Shown: one piece after another, positions 24,908 to 37,950 of the stretch
Numbering within the stretch: position 1 is the stretch's first letter
Layout of the letters: the number at the start of each line of letters is the position of its first letter
Assembly (NCBI GenBank): GCA_951406725.2
Contig: OX597827.1
Location: forward strand, 38,750,001-38,814,000
DNA from: Octopus vulgaris
Taxonomy: Eukaryota
Length of the DNA: 64,000 nt
Direction of reading: 5' to 3'
Program-made: the position numbers and the translations under genes
The notes under the pieces: generated by a model
The model's database searches: none
Told to the model about the DNA's origin: nothing
Seen by the model: the letters and a program-made list of their open reading frames with translations, nothing else

Positions 24908-25399
24908 TAGAATATATAGTACGATACAATTCTCCTCAATAAGGCTCTTATATTTGCTATGAAAATCTCTAATCTAACTAGAAATGAAATTGGTATTATT
25001 CTAACAGCTTTGAGAACTATTATCAAATCTAATGACAAACTTTGGACTAAAAAGGATAGACAAAAAGATTTTGATAATATTGATACTATGGGATCTGTGA
25101 AATTAGAATGTTTTTACTATTAAATAAAATAACATCAAACTATTTCTGTTATTTGTGACTTTACTTATATATTAAAAAGCACCCACTACACTCTTGGAGT
25201 GGTTGGTGTTAGGAAGGGCATCCAGGTGTAGAAACCTTGCCAGATCAGATTTGAGCCTGGTGTAGCCTACTGGCTTGCCAGTCCCCAGTCAAACCATTCA
25301 ACCCATGCCAGCATGGAAAATGGATGTTAAATGATGATGATGATGATGTATATATATGTGTGTGTGTGCATGTGCATATGTGTATGTATGTGTGTGTGT

Positions 25400-25431
<32 letters not shown>

Positions 25432-26069
25432 AATTTGAGAGAAAGAAAATAGAGTTTGAAATCATAAAATGGTAACCATTCTATATCTCACACTAACTCT
25501 CCAATTCTATTATCATTCCATTACAGCTACCAGTCTTTCAATACCTCTTTTTGTGACTCCAAGCTGGGTGGAAGCCTTGTATTCAGGATATTTTTCGTCA
25601 TGCCCAATCTGGGAGGATTTGGGAGGTGTGAGCAAATTTTTGAAAAAATTTGTTGTTGGTCTTAAGTTAAATAGACAAAAGTCAACACATATAGATTAGC
25701 AGATTCTACAAGAATCTGAAGAAAGATTCTTGAGATTTGAAGAGATTTATCATTCTGAACCTCAGGATAATATCTCTGTTGAGTGAATTAGTAGTGACAG
25801 GAGTGGTGGCAGCTGCGACAGTGGCATCATTTGCAGCAGCAGCAGTAGTAGTAGTAGACCAGTGGATTGGCAGAATCATTAAAACATTGAAATAAATGCC
25901 TTGCATTTGTTCTAGCTCTTTACATTCTGGGTTCAAAAACCCACCCGTGTCAACTTTGCCTTTCCTCCTTTCAGTATTCGTAAATTGAATTACCAATCAA
26001 GTGCTGGGATTGATGGTATTGACTATCCCCATCCTGCCTCAAAATTGCTGGCCTTGTATCTAAATCAGA

Positions 26070-26372
26070 AACCTCCACCTTAGCAAAGGCGGAGGTATTG
26101 TTTTCAGTCATGTTTGTTTGTCTGTGGACAAGATATCTCAAGAATCACTGGATGGATTCGAATGAAACCTTCGGGGATGTTTGGCCTCATGACTGGTACA
26201 AACTGATTAGATTTTGGGATTGATCTGATACCAAACAAGGATTCTGGGTTATTTTTCATATTTTTTACTCAATTGAGAGTGGTCAGGTTCATTTTCAGTA
26301 TTCTCGTTTGTGAGAGCAGTCGAGTTTATTTCAGATATTCTCATTTTAAAAAGCATCTCTGACTAAGCGGAG
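26070..26372 (+). mobile_element. DINE-1/HINE-like (Helentron-associated) element
   Basis: 5' hairpin ACCTCCACC...GGCGGAGGT, GTTTGTTTGTCTGT microsatellite, then GATATCTCAAG...GATGGATT..ATGAAAC core. Confidence 0.5.
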
Positions 26373-26724
26373 TGACACACAGTGACACAGAAAAATAAAA
26401 GAAGAAAGAAATATAAAGAAACAACTGACAAACTGGGGAGGCGTGAGAAAATAGAGCTTCCCAACATCAACAACAACGACATGCACTCACAACAATTAGC
26501 AACACCTTCTCCACCACTACCACCACACACACCAACACACACAGACACCACCACCACCAATACCAACGTTACAGCAACAAACACAAAAAATGAACAGCTA
26601 GTGACATACATGAAAAACAATACAAACACGAAAATTTCAGATTTTGTCATACCCACACACAACTCACCACCAGCACACAGTCACACTAATAAATTTCACA
26701 CGATAACTATGAGAAAATGAAAAA

Positions 26725-29335
26725 TAAATTTCCGGATGATGTTAGGTCACTAGGGAGAAGTTTCTCCAAAAACCTCTTTAGAAATCCGGTGGAAATACCC
26801 ACACAGAAGCACAAGGAAGCCATCCCAGCCATAAGTAGAGCCTTTTCTCCTTGATAAATACTTTTTTTACAACTTGGTCGTGCTCAGAATTGGTAGTATA
26901 AATGTGAGAGGCCTTGGATCGCCTTGGAAACAAGGTCACCTGTTAAACGACCTGAAGTGTTACAGTGTGGATGTAGTAGCCATTAGCGAAACCAGGCTCT
27001 CCGACCCATGGGAACTCACGGCCCTTTTTGGCAGATATGAGATTTTTCTATCTCCATGTTGGCCAGGAGCAGGCGGTGGTGGGACTGCAGTGTTATTTCG
27101 GAAACGCCTGGATTTGAAAATAAAGACAGTCTTCCTGGATCCAGAGGGTAAAGTGGTAGTCCTGGACATGGATGGTAATGATGGTGGTCCTGGACGTGGA
27201 TGGTAATGATGGTGGTCCTGGACGTGGACGGTAATGATGGTGGTCCTGGACGTGGACGGTAATGATGGTGGTGCCTTCAGACTGCTAGCAGCCCACACTC
27301 TGACAGGAGCAGGGCAGTTGTATTATTTCAAGCATCTGGAGGTTTTCTTGGGCACATCACGCACTTTAGTATTAGTTGGGGATTGGAACATCTGATAGGT
27401 GAAGTGAGTGCAAAAGCCTCACTAACCTGCTCAGACGCTTTCAGCTGTCTGAAAGGTATCGACTAGACAACCCGAATGTGCCAATGTGGACTTGGACTAA
27501 TCGCATCGGGTCGACTAGATTATACTTAGATAGAGTTTTCTGTAGGCCAGCAGATAAGGACAGTTTAGGGTGTCCACAATTCCACATATTCGTGATCTGT
27601 ACAGTCGACTTAGATAGGCTACATAGACAGAGTCCTAGTTACTGGAATCTAAACGCGTCGTTAACGGCATGCAAAGCCTACAGAGACCGGATTAGTTTAT
27701 TAGTTGAGTGGGCATTGACAGGGGCAATCATCAATAACAACTGGTGGTTTGCTGTGAAGAGGGCAATTAGAGCAAAATCAATTAGATTTAGTAAGGCCCT
27801 AGCTGTAAAACGTAAGAAAACAGAGCAGGATCTAGTTAGGAAACTAGATGAGGCTCTTGGGACAGGCATCGCAACCAATGTGTTGGCAGCCAGGTTGGCC
27901 CTCAACCAACAATTTGACACCAAACACAAAGGTTGCATTGTCAGAGCTAAGGCACGTTCGGTAAGCAGAGAGGGGACTAAGGCTGCTTGATGGGCCCACA
28001 TGGCGGAGGCAAAATGAAGCAACATTTAGCCTTTGGTGGACCAGAACGGGCGTGAAGCAGATGTGTGCGATCTTTCAGCAGCACTTTGCTCGACTGCTCA
28101 GGATGAACAGTGGGACAGATAACGGGACAGACTTCGGTGTGTACCTGGACGGCCTGCCGCAACTCTCAGCCAGAAAGGTGGAGTGCTGTGAAAGACCGAT
28201 ATCTGCCTGGAAAGTAGAGGAAGCGATGCAAAGCTGCACAAGAGGTAGATCGCCGGGTTTGGATAGTCTGCCCTATGAGCTTTACACTTCAATGCCAGAC
28301 TTGTTTGTGGGCTTCTTGGTGAACGTCTACTGCAACTGGCAACAAAACAGAAGAATTCCTGCTTTTGTTTGTCGAGGAGTGGTGGCATTGCAAAGGAAGA
28401 AACCAAACAAGGGGGACTTGATAGGGAACTTTAGGTCCATCACTCTGCTCAATGCAGAGTTGAAGATTTTGGCCAAGGTGCTAGCCAAGAGGTTGGCGCC
28501 TGTCATGGACAAGCTGATTTGCAAGGTGCAGACATGTGCTGTAACCACCCGGTCTATCCACAATAACCTCCATCATCAGAAGAACTTTCAGGCCAGGGCC
28601 TTCAGATAACTTCCAAAGGTCCCTCGCCTGGCAGTGCTACCGAGGGGTGCTGCCTGTTCAAGATAATCTCTACTGGCATGGAAGTGCCGTCAGCTGGGCC
28701 TGCCCAAGGTGCACTCAGAGCGACGAAACTGTTCTGGACGCACTCGTCCAGTGGCTGAGTATTGCTGACCTGTGGGTTTATGTCGAACAGCTACAGTTGC
28801 ATGTAGGACGGATCCGGCTATCAACTGAATCCATAGATTGTCCCGCCAACCTCCTTTAACCGGGAGGGCAAGGCAATTTTCTGTTGTCTAGTGGCTGTAG
28901 TGAAAGAGGTGTTATGGTGGACCCATTTGAAAGGCCTAAAGTCAGATACTTTCCTCTTTGGCCAAGGCCTCGTCAACTTTCTCGAGTTCTACTTGAAAAG
29001 GAAGATGAGAGTAGAGAGGGAAGTGCTGTCTCATAACAAGTTATTGAAAGGTGAGTGAATGTCGGTAAAATGGCCAGTATGAACGGACTAATTCTGAGGT
29101 TACACCTGTAAAAAAAAGGTAATATAAAAGGAGAAGGGTCTCTCTACCCCTTTTTGACTAGGCTCCTGTGGCTGGATTTTTCCTTTCAAAGCGCCTCCCT
29201 TTATTGGGAGTTTTATTTGTTATATATTTCACTGCTATTTTAATGTTTGCACGGACCTTTTTTGTACTTTATGTCCTGTGTTTGTCCTTACATGTTTTTG
29301 ATTTATGTTAGCTCTTGTGGCCAATAAAACCAGAA
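26725..29335 (+). mobile_element. Degenerate L1/Tx1-clade LINE (APE endonuclease, partial RT, C-terminal Cys region, 3' UTR) with most of the RT core deleted
   Basis: IGSINVRGL...VVAISETRL (APE); VGDWN; SPGLDSLPYELY; NFRSITLLNAELKILAKVLAKRL; LPVQD..CPRC..ETV; frameshifts and stops; AATAAA at 29323. Confidence 0.88.
27155..27272 (+). repeat. 28-bp tandem repeat x4 inside the LINE endonuclease
   Basis: Unit GGTGGTCCTGGACGTGGACGGTAATGAT starting at 27155, 27183, 27211, 27239. Confidence 0.92.
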
Positions 29336-29349
29336 TTAATTAATTATTA

Positions 29350-29404
<55 letters not shown>

Positions 29405-29456
29405 CATTATTATTAATATCACCATCATCATCATCATCATCATCATCATCATTATT

Positions 29457-30805
29457 AAGGTGGTGAGCTATTAGAATGGTTAGCACACTAGGCAAAATGC
29501 TTCACAGCATTTCGTCTGTCTTTATGTTGTGAGTTCAAATTTGGCCAAGGTTGATTTTGTCTTTCATCCTTTTTGGGGTCAATGAAATAAGTACCAGTTG
29601 AACATTGGGGTCGATGTGATCAACTAGCCCCCTCCTCCAAAATTTCAGGCCTTGTGCTAATAGTAGAAAGGATTGTTATTATTAAAGAGGTGAGATAAGG
29701 CAGCGAGCTAGCAGAGTCATCAGCACGCTGGGCAAAATGCTTAGCTGTATTTCATCTGCCGCTATGTTCTGAGTTCAAATTCTGCTGAGGTCGACTTTGC
29801 CTTTCATCCTTTTGGGATCGATTAAATAAGTACCTGTTACACACTGGGGTCGATGTAATCGACTAAATCCCTTCCCCTAAATTTGAGGCCTTGTGCTTCC
29901 AGTAAAAAGAATTATTACGGCAGTGAGCTAGCAGAATGGTTAGCATGCCAGGCAAAATGCTTAGCAGCATTTCGTCCGTTTTTATATTCTGAGTTCAAAT
30001 TCCACCAAGGTCAACTTTGCCTTTCATAATTTCAGGATCGACAAGACAAGTATCAGTTGTGTACTGGGGTTGATGTAATAGACTTAGCCCCTTCCCCGAA
30101 CTTGGTGGCTTTGTGCTAAAATTTGAAATCATTATTATTGTTGTTATTCAAGCAGTGAGCTGGCAGAATCATTAGCATGCCAGACAAAATGCTTCGTGGC
30201 ATTTCGTCTTTACTCTCTGTTACTCTTTACTCTTTTACTTGTTTCAGTCATTTGACTGTGACCATGCTGGAGCACCGCCTTTAGTCGATTGAGCAAATCA
30301 ACCCGAGGACTTATTCTTTGTAAGCCTAGTACTTATTCTATCAGTCTCTTTTGCTGAACTGCTAAGTTACGGGGATGTAAACACACCAGAATCAGTTGTC
30401 AAGCAATGTTGGGGGGACTTTCACAGACACACAAACATATACACACATATACATATATATATATATATATATACATATATACGACCAGCTTCTTTCAGTT
30501 TCCATCTACTAAATCCACTCACAATGCTTTGGTTGGCCCAAGGCTATTGTAGAAGACACTTGCCCAAGGTGCCACATAGTGGGACTGACCTGGAACCATG
30601 TGGTTGGTAAGCAAGCTACTTACCACACAGCCACTCTTCAGCCTATAATTTCTGACTTGAAAATCCACTAAGGTCAAATTTGTCTTTTATCCTTTTACGG
30701 GGGTCGATAAAATAAGTACCCATTGAGTACTGTGGTCAATATAATTGACTTTTCCCCCTCCCTCAGAATTGCTGGCCTAGTGCCAAAATTTGAAATTATA
30801 ATTAT
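29457..30805 (+). mobile_element. Head-to-tail array of four MetaSINE-like copies, the last interrupted by an antisense SINE of another family (~30212-30637)
   Basis: Heads near 29457, 29697, 29917, 30149; shared B-box and core; ATT-rich spacers. Confidence 0.82.
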
Positions 30806-32632
30806 TACAAAATGTTAACAAAATTAAATAAAATAGTCTATATATGTTTTTAATGTCTACAATCACTCTAGCAGAATGTAATATATTTTTAGCATAGTTC
30901 TAAAATAATTTTGGGGTTATATCCACTACAGAGAACTGAAGAAATGAAATTTCAATGTGTTTGGGTTTTGTTCAGCTTTAGTACAATTAGAATCATGCTG
31001 GTTTATGAATCAATCAATATTCAGATTGTTTATGTACCAATCAATATTCCGAATATATAATGCTGGCCGTATAGATTTGTGCAAGGAAGATTACATAACA
31101 CAACATAGTCTGTATGAATTCATTTATTTTATGCAAGAATGCATTTCTAGACTGGCTCTACAGCTATAGTCAACAGCTTTGACATAGTTGGGTCTGAACC
31201 TAAGTAAAAATTAATACTGTAGTTACTAGAACTGCATGTTATAACCACAAAATTACTTTAGGATAAGGCTAAGAATAAGGCTAAAAATAAATTTTTTGTA
31301 TAGCTTGATTAATTTTGTGTTATATAATAGCTATATATATCTATCTGTTTATGTATCAAGCGTCTCTTTCCTTCACTGTATCAAGATGCCATGCAACAAA
31401 GGATGGTACAAGACCTACCTATATTTCAGTACCCGTTTTTATTTCCATCCTTGTTACCTTACCTCTTTCTTTCATTACAAAGCATACATATGATTGCATC
31501 AGATTTGCTTGTAGCGAATACATTTTACACTCATCCTCTCTGTCTGTCTGTCTGTCTGTCTGCCTCTCTCTCCCTCCCTCTCTCTCTCTCTCTCTTACAG
31601 GTCCATTCTTTACTGACATCCCTCATTCCCTCTTCCCACTGTATACCTGCATTATCATCTCTATCATGACCTCCCCCTCTATCTCCTCTCACCCCCACCT
31701 AGTTACTCTCTTTGTACCTTCATAATCTTGCACCCTTCATCCATCCATCTTTGGGCTTTGCACTCTCTTCTTTATTCTCCTCCTTTCTTTCTCTTGGTTT
31801 GCCTTGAGCAGATTAACGCATCATAGAGTAATGAGAACACTTTAATTTCTGGGGTACAAAGCAACCCCACTAGTGCTATGGTAATATGTATCCAATATCC
31901 TGTTTAAAGCAGTTCATGATAGGAAGTGTTGAGATGTAGAAACCAGATCCAAAGCGGAAAAGAATGAGCAGGATATGAACCTCCATCCTGTCTAGAATAG
32001 AAATTCTGAATAAGAACTGACTTGGATAATATGTCAAGCTCACACCAGATGTATGGTGATAATGATGATGACCACACACACACACACATTTACATTTATA
32101 CAAATATATAAATATAAACATAAACAGAGCCCACTGGGTCTTTGCATTTATAAACAAGTTTTAGCAAGCCATAAATGGAAGATAATCAAATGCAATGTTA
32201 TGGAGCATGCTTCAAATTTTAGCTTTCATATTTCTCTTTCGGATGTATCATCTGCATCAACATGGCACATTCCAAACTGACACATGAAATGAAATGGCAT
32301 GCCATACTTGTCAACCATCCAACCACCAAACATAGCAACTCAAAGATCACCAGGTTTTTGAATGTGGCCCTGTCAGTCATGTTCAGGGTCAGGAAAGATC
32401 TAAAAGCTTCTAGAGGGGACACGTCATTTCATAACTGAAGAAATATTGGTGCAAGGCCAACAATTTCAGAGGTAGGGGTAAGTTGATTATATTGATCCCT
32501 GTGCTCAACTGGTACTTATTTTATTGAGCCCCGCAAGGATGTAAGGTAAAGTTGACCTTGGTGGCTTTGAACTCAGAATGTAAAGATAGACAACATACCA
32601 CTGTGCATTTTGCCTGGTGTGCTCACAATTCT

Positions 32633-32869
32633 TATTTCTTTATTGCCCACAAGGGGCTAAAAATAGAGGGGACAAACAAGCACAGATAAAGGGATTAAGT
32701 CGATTACATTGACCCCAGTGCATAACTGGTACTTAATTTATCAACCTGAAAGGATGAAAGGCAAAGTTGACCTCGGCAGAATTTGAACTCAGAACGTAGT
32801 GGCAGACGAAATACCACTAAGCATTTCGCCCAGTGTGCTAACCATTCTGCCAGCTCGCCACCTTTACTT
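32633..32869 (-). mobile_element. Young SINE nested in an older SINE of the same family (~32440-32892)
   Basis: 13-bp TSD TGCTCACAATTCT at 32620-32632 and 32870-32882. Confidence 0.85.
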
Positions 32870-33039
32870 TGCTCACAATTCTGCCTGCTCACTGTGTTCT
32901 CAGGATGTTATCAGGACTGATGGATGAATTTAGTAGGTCCAGTTCTTCATCAGTGACAACCTTAGCAGAACAATGTGGGACTTTATCAAGCATCTCAATG
33001 TGGTGGAGTCTGCCATGAGATGTGTGGTGCCTGAGGGCA

Positions 33040-33460
33040 AGTGCAGTTGTGGCTGTGTGATAAGAAGTTTGCTTTGCTTCCTAACCACATGATTCCAGGT
33101 TCAGCCCCACTGCATGGTGCCTTGGACAAATATCTTCTATAATAGCCCCAGTGAGTGCATGTGCATGTGTGTGTGTGCGTGCAAGTGAGTGCGTGCATAT
33201 GTATGTGTCTGTTTCTTTGCCTTGACATCATGTGATGCTCATATATGAGTTTTACCATCATACAAGTGTTGCCCTTTATTTCCAATATTCTGGGGAAAGA
33301 TGTTTGGTTATTAGCCAATATTATCTTACTGGGAAACACATGGGGCTTGGTGATAGTAAGGGCATCCAGCCATAAAAAATCCACCTCAAAAAATTCTGTC
33401 TGACCAATACAAGCATGAAAAAGCATACATTAAAATGATGGTGATAATGATGATGATGAT
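33040..33460 (+). mobile_element. tRNA-derived SINE (second family) with RTE-like 3' tail
   Basis: TGGCTGTGTG A-box, GGTTCAG B-box, internal (TG)n, tail AAGGGCATCCAGCC...GCATGAAAA...(GAT)n. Confidence 0.7.
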
Positions 33461-34742
33461 GGAGCGATTCTATAAGATGAGGGGAGGACAGTTCATGCCT
33501 AACAAGATCTTGGAGACCTTGCAATCATGTGAATGTCATGTGTGGTATCTTGATTCTCCTGATTAGATTTGAACCTCTTCAATTATTACTTCTGAGCCAT
33601 TGTCAATGTGTGTGTGTGTGGCGGGGTCCTGGTCAGTAGATCTATGGTGCTATGGACTAGTCGGGAACTTTTGCAGTGGGCATAAGGAAGGGTGTCATGG
33701 TTGGAAGCGGGTGGGTGGCATCTGACTTAGTAGTCCACTTCTTCTGTGGCTGCTTGAGGTTGAAGGTGGTTTTGTTCAATAGCCAGTATCTTTGAGGTAT
33801 CTAGCTAAAAACATGTACCATTTTCCTTGGGGTGTTGTTTTTTTCCATTTAGTGATTCATTTTTCTTTGTGTTTAGTATAGTTCTCAGTTACCTGAAACC
33901 ACTGTATGCATGTACACACACACACACATGCACACACACACATGCACGCACACACATGCACACACACATACATGCTGGCGCCATGCAAAAAGTACCCATG
34001 CAAGTGCCATGTGAAAAGTACCGGTGCTGGTACCACGTAAAGGACCACCCTTGCCAGCACCATGTAAAAAGCCTCTGTGCTGGTGCCTCATAAAAAGCAC
34101 CTGTACCTGCACCAAGTAAAAGAGCACCCATGCCGGCATCATGTAGAAAGCACCCAGTACACTCTGTAAAGTGGTTGGTGTTAAGAAGGGTATCCAGCTG
34201 TAGAAATCGTGCCAAAACAGATGAATGGAGCCTGGAGCAGCCCTCTGGCTTGCCAGCTTGTCAAACTGTCCAACCCATGCCAGCATGGAAAACAGACATT
34301 GAATGATGATGATGCACACACACATACTCATCTACTATAATAATACTCTTGTGCTTTTCTCCATTACAATATTTGAATGAGAAAGGAAGGGGTGATAAAT
34401 GAATAAGGAAGGAAGAGGTGATGGCAAAATGGTGGTGGGAGCATTTCAACTCTGTGAGTATATGTGTGTGTATGTAAAAGGGAGGTACGTGAGTATGTGT
34501 GTGTGTGTGTATGTGCAATGGATGTGGGATGGTGAAAATCCAATGCTGAAAAATGTGAATATTTGTATGTGTGAACCAGCATTCTCTCAGTAACAAACAA
34601 TCATTGATGTCATAGCTAAAAAGACAACCACTTGATAACATTGACAAGTGTATTAATTTGATTTACCATTCACATTTGTATATAAGATACTACAATTAGC
34701 CATCACTTTTGATGGCACGGAGCCAGCTAGTATGTATATATA

Positions 34743-35629
34743 CATGGTCTGATCAATAAGTATCTGGACTGTTGCTATAGTAACAAAGCTAAAGCACTGA
34801 GAGTGAAGCCTCTTGGCACAGATTGACCTTGAACTCTGCTGTGTGTGTGTGTACTAAGTTTTAACATTCTAGCTTACTTCTGCTGTTTACAGCAGTGCTT
34901 GGAAGGAAGGTGTGTAGCATGTGATTGTTGCATTGATCATGACAGAAAAAGTTGAGCAGAGAATCTGCATCAAATTTTATCAAAAACTTGGCGATACCTG
35001 CTCAGAGGCCTATGCAAAGTTTTCAAAAAGTTCTCATTGATCTCAATAACAATCAAGGAAATCTTGTGCAACTGAAACCCGGGTGTCTTTTTGGTCAGCT
35101 GGAAGCAGTTTTGGCATAAACTTGGCAGACACGCATCTCATACCCAAATCTTCAGTGATAATGGACGGTGGTGAATCATAACTAATCTGCACATCCTGTG
35201 ATAACTCACTGATGGTGATTTGACAATTCTCCCTCAAAGCTGCATGCACGTCTGCGATATTTTTCACTGGTTGTGGGTCTCCCTGAACATTCGTCAAAAT
35301 CGACGTTTTTCAGCTATCTTGGAAATGTCTGAACCAGTCATACACTTGTGTGCAGTTCATACATTCATCTCCATACTCTTCCTGCAACTTTGTGTAAGCC
35401 TCTGAGCAGGTATTGCCATGACAGCTTTGTCATGGTCAATGCAATGATCACATACTACACACCTTCCTTCCAAGCACTGCTGTAAAAAGCAGAAAAGAGC
35501 TAGAATGTTAAAACTTAGTGCACACACACACAGCAGAGTTCAAGGTCAATCTGTACCATGTGGCTTCACTCTGTGTGCTCTAACTTCGTTATTATGGCAA
35601 CAGTCCTGATACTTATTGATCAGACCTCA
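34743..35629. mobile_element. Mariner-derived element with two left ends (~280-bp inverted arms)
   Basis: TA-flanked TIR GGTCTGATCAATAAGTATC; transposase N-terminus MTEKVEQRICIKF on +; HTH/linker fragment ITISELSQDVQISY...LGMRCVSAKFMPKLL on -. Confidence 0.88.
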
Positions 35630-36662
35630 TATACACACACATACACATACACACATTATAGTGTTTATTCTTCTGTTTGTACTTTTCCCACTGCTTTCAC
35701 ACTTTACCATCCAATATTTCAACTTTCATCCCCTTAAGCCCTTCTCCCTTCTCAGTATTATTTCTGTTGAGCCGTTTTTAACTACAGATTTCCTCCTCTT
35801 CATTGCAAACCAGACCATTGGTCTCTTGTATTTGAGCACTTCTGCAAAAGGCGGTGAGCTGGAAGAAACTTTAGCACGTCAGGCAAAATGCTTAGCAGTA
35901 TTTCATCTGTCTTTACTTTCTGAGTTCAAATTCCACCGAGGTCAACTTTGCCTTTCATCCTTTCAGGGTCGATAAATTAAGTACCAGTTGCGTACTGGCA
36001 TCAATCTAATTGACTGCCCCCCCCCGCCCCCAAAATGTCAGGCCTTGTGCCTAGAGTAGAAAAGAATATTGTTGCATATGACTTCAATTCTATCTGAAAT
36101 AAGAACCTCTTGACTAAGTTGTTTTCCTGTGGTCTTCATTTCTTAGAGCAAAAGTTTCTTGCAAACTGCTCAATTACAGCATAAGAGGTTAGGGCTCTCT
36201 TCCACTCTGGTCTATTCTAAGTTTATGTTACATCTGATACATTCTTTCTTTTATCTATTAATGACTTATTAGCTATCAGTTCTAATGACAGACACTCCAA
36301 GACAGATGAAACCATGCTTCATATTTCCTTAACCATTTGTGTAGAGGTATCATCCCCATGCAACTCAGAGATCTCAATTCATGCCAAGCAGACAACAACT
36401 CCCTGAAAAGAAGCGTTGACCATATCCCAACATCAGCAGTATTAAGTCCAATGGGAATTTACATTGGTAATGGAGATCCCTAAAGATTCATGAGATCAGT
36501 GGCCTGGGAACAAAATTTGTTTAGGGAGTGCAAACTCAGGTCCAATTTTTTTTTACAAATAAGGCTGATTTTTCTTCAATCTTAATATCAAAACAAACAC
36601 AGGTATGATAATATCTATTATTATTATCATTATTATTGTTGTTGTTGTTGTTGTTGTTATTG

Positions 36663-37110
36663 AAGGCAGCGAGCTGGCAGAATCTCTAGCATGCTGGGTG
36701 AAATGCTTAACAGTATTTCATCTGCCATTACATTCTGCATTCATATTTCATCGAGGTTGACCTTGCCTTTCATCCTTTCGGGATCGATAAATTAAGTACC
36801 AGTGAAACACTGGGGTTGTTGCAATCGACTGCCCCCCCCCTCTAAAATTTCAGGCCTTGTGCCTTTAATAGAAAGGATTATTATTATTATTTTTACAAGT
36901 TGGTGAGCTAGCAGAATTGTTAGCTCACCAGGTGAAAAGCTTAGTCTGCTACTACATTCTGAGTTCAAATTCCACCGTGGTCAACTTTGCCTTTCATCCT
37001 TTTGGGCTTGATTAAATAAGTACCAATTATGCACTGGGGTCAATGTAATCGATTTAATCCCTTCCTCCAAATTTGAGGCTTTATGCTTCCAGTAGAAATA
37101 ATAATAATAA
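36663..37110 (+). mobile_element. Two head-to-tail MetaSINE-like copies
   Basis: Same head, B-box and core as the other copies. Confidence 0.78.
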
Positions 37111-37149
37111 TAATAATAATTATTATTATTATTATCATTATTATATATG

Positions 37150-37950
37150 GTAAAGTAATGCTTCAAATCATACCAAACATTTTTCTATGCTTGCACATTT
37201 TGGCAATGAAGTTTTCCAAGAGGATGTCCAAAGTGTTTTCATTGCACAAGTTTTATGTACATGAATTATAGTACAGTGTGTCAGATGGTGTTGCATCATT
37301 GTGTGCTGAACATACTTTTGCTTGATGCAATGGACACTGGTTGCAACATGATGTTCTCATCACAAAGGCTTATCCATAGCACTTTCAGAAGAATGGTGCA
37401 TTGGTGTACAAAGTTCAATGCATCAGTGATTATGGCAACTGTAGATACAATTTCTTGGAGGACAAGGTCCAGAGAGTGGTTTCTGCATTGTACAAAATAT
37501 GCCAGAAAACATGTCTTTTAATCTCTTTTGTATGTCTGAAATATTTCTGCTAATAGTACATGCCCAATCAAAGGCAAAAGCAACATAATTTTGAGTCCAG
37601 AAAAATGTTTAGGCAACAAAAATATCCAGAATAATCTTAGTCAGTGTCTCCAAAATGTCAGGAGGGTTATAAAAGCTGAGAAAATATTTGTGGACATTCT
37701 GGTTTTCAGAAACATAGCAAAACTTCTGATTCTTGTTCCATGTCAGAGCAACCTCATATAACATCAATAAACATGGAATCTTCAACATTTTTTCTTATCT
37801 CATGCTGGATGTTATGAGCATATGCCTCTAGGATTTCATTTTGTATGGTATCAGATAGGAAATTAACTCGTCGTTTAAGCTGCTGACTTATTTCTGCAGC
37901 ATATTATTCTGCAACTTCTTTTTGGGGATTTACAAAGTTTGCTGTGACAT
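37150..37950 (-). mobile_element. Degenerate hAT (Tip100/ZMYM1-like, DUF4371) transposase remnant
   Basis: Minus-strand LSDTIQNEILEAYAHNIQHEIRKNVEDSMF resembles the S..IQNE motif; heavily disrupted. Confidence 0.5.

Noticed and set aside
26382-26720. 112-aa Thr/Asn-rich ORF upstream of the LINE
   Set aside because: Low-complexity CA/CAA-rich sequence, no recognisable domain, no true ATG start
33827-34647. Cluster of overlapping ORFs
   Set aside because: Translations of (CA)n microsatellites and RTE-tail repeats
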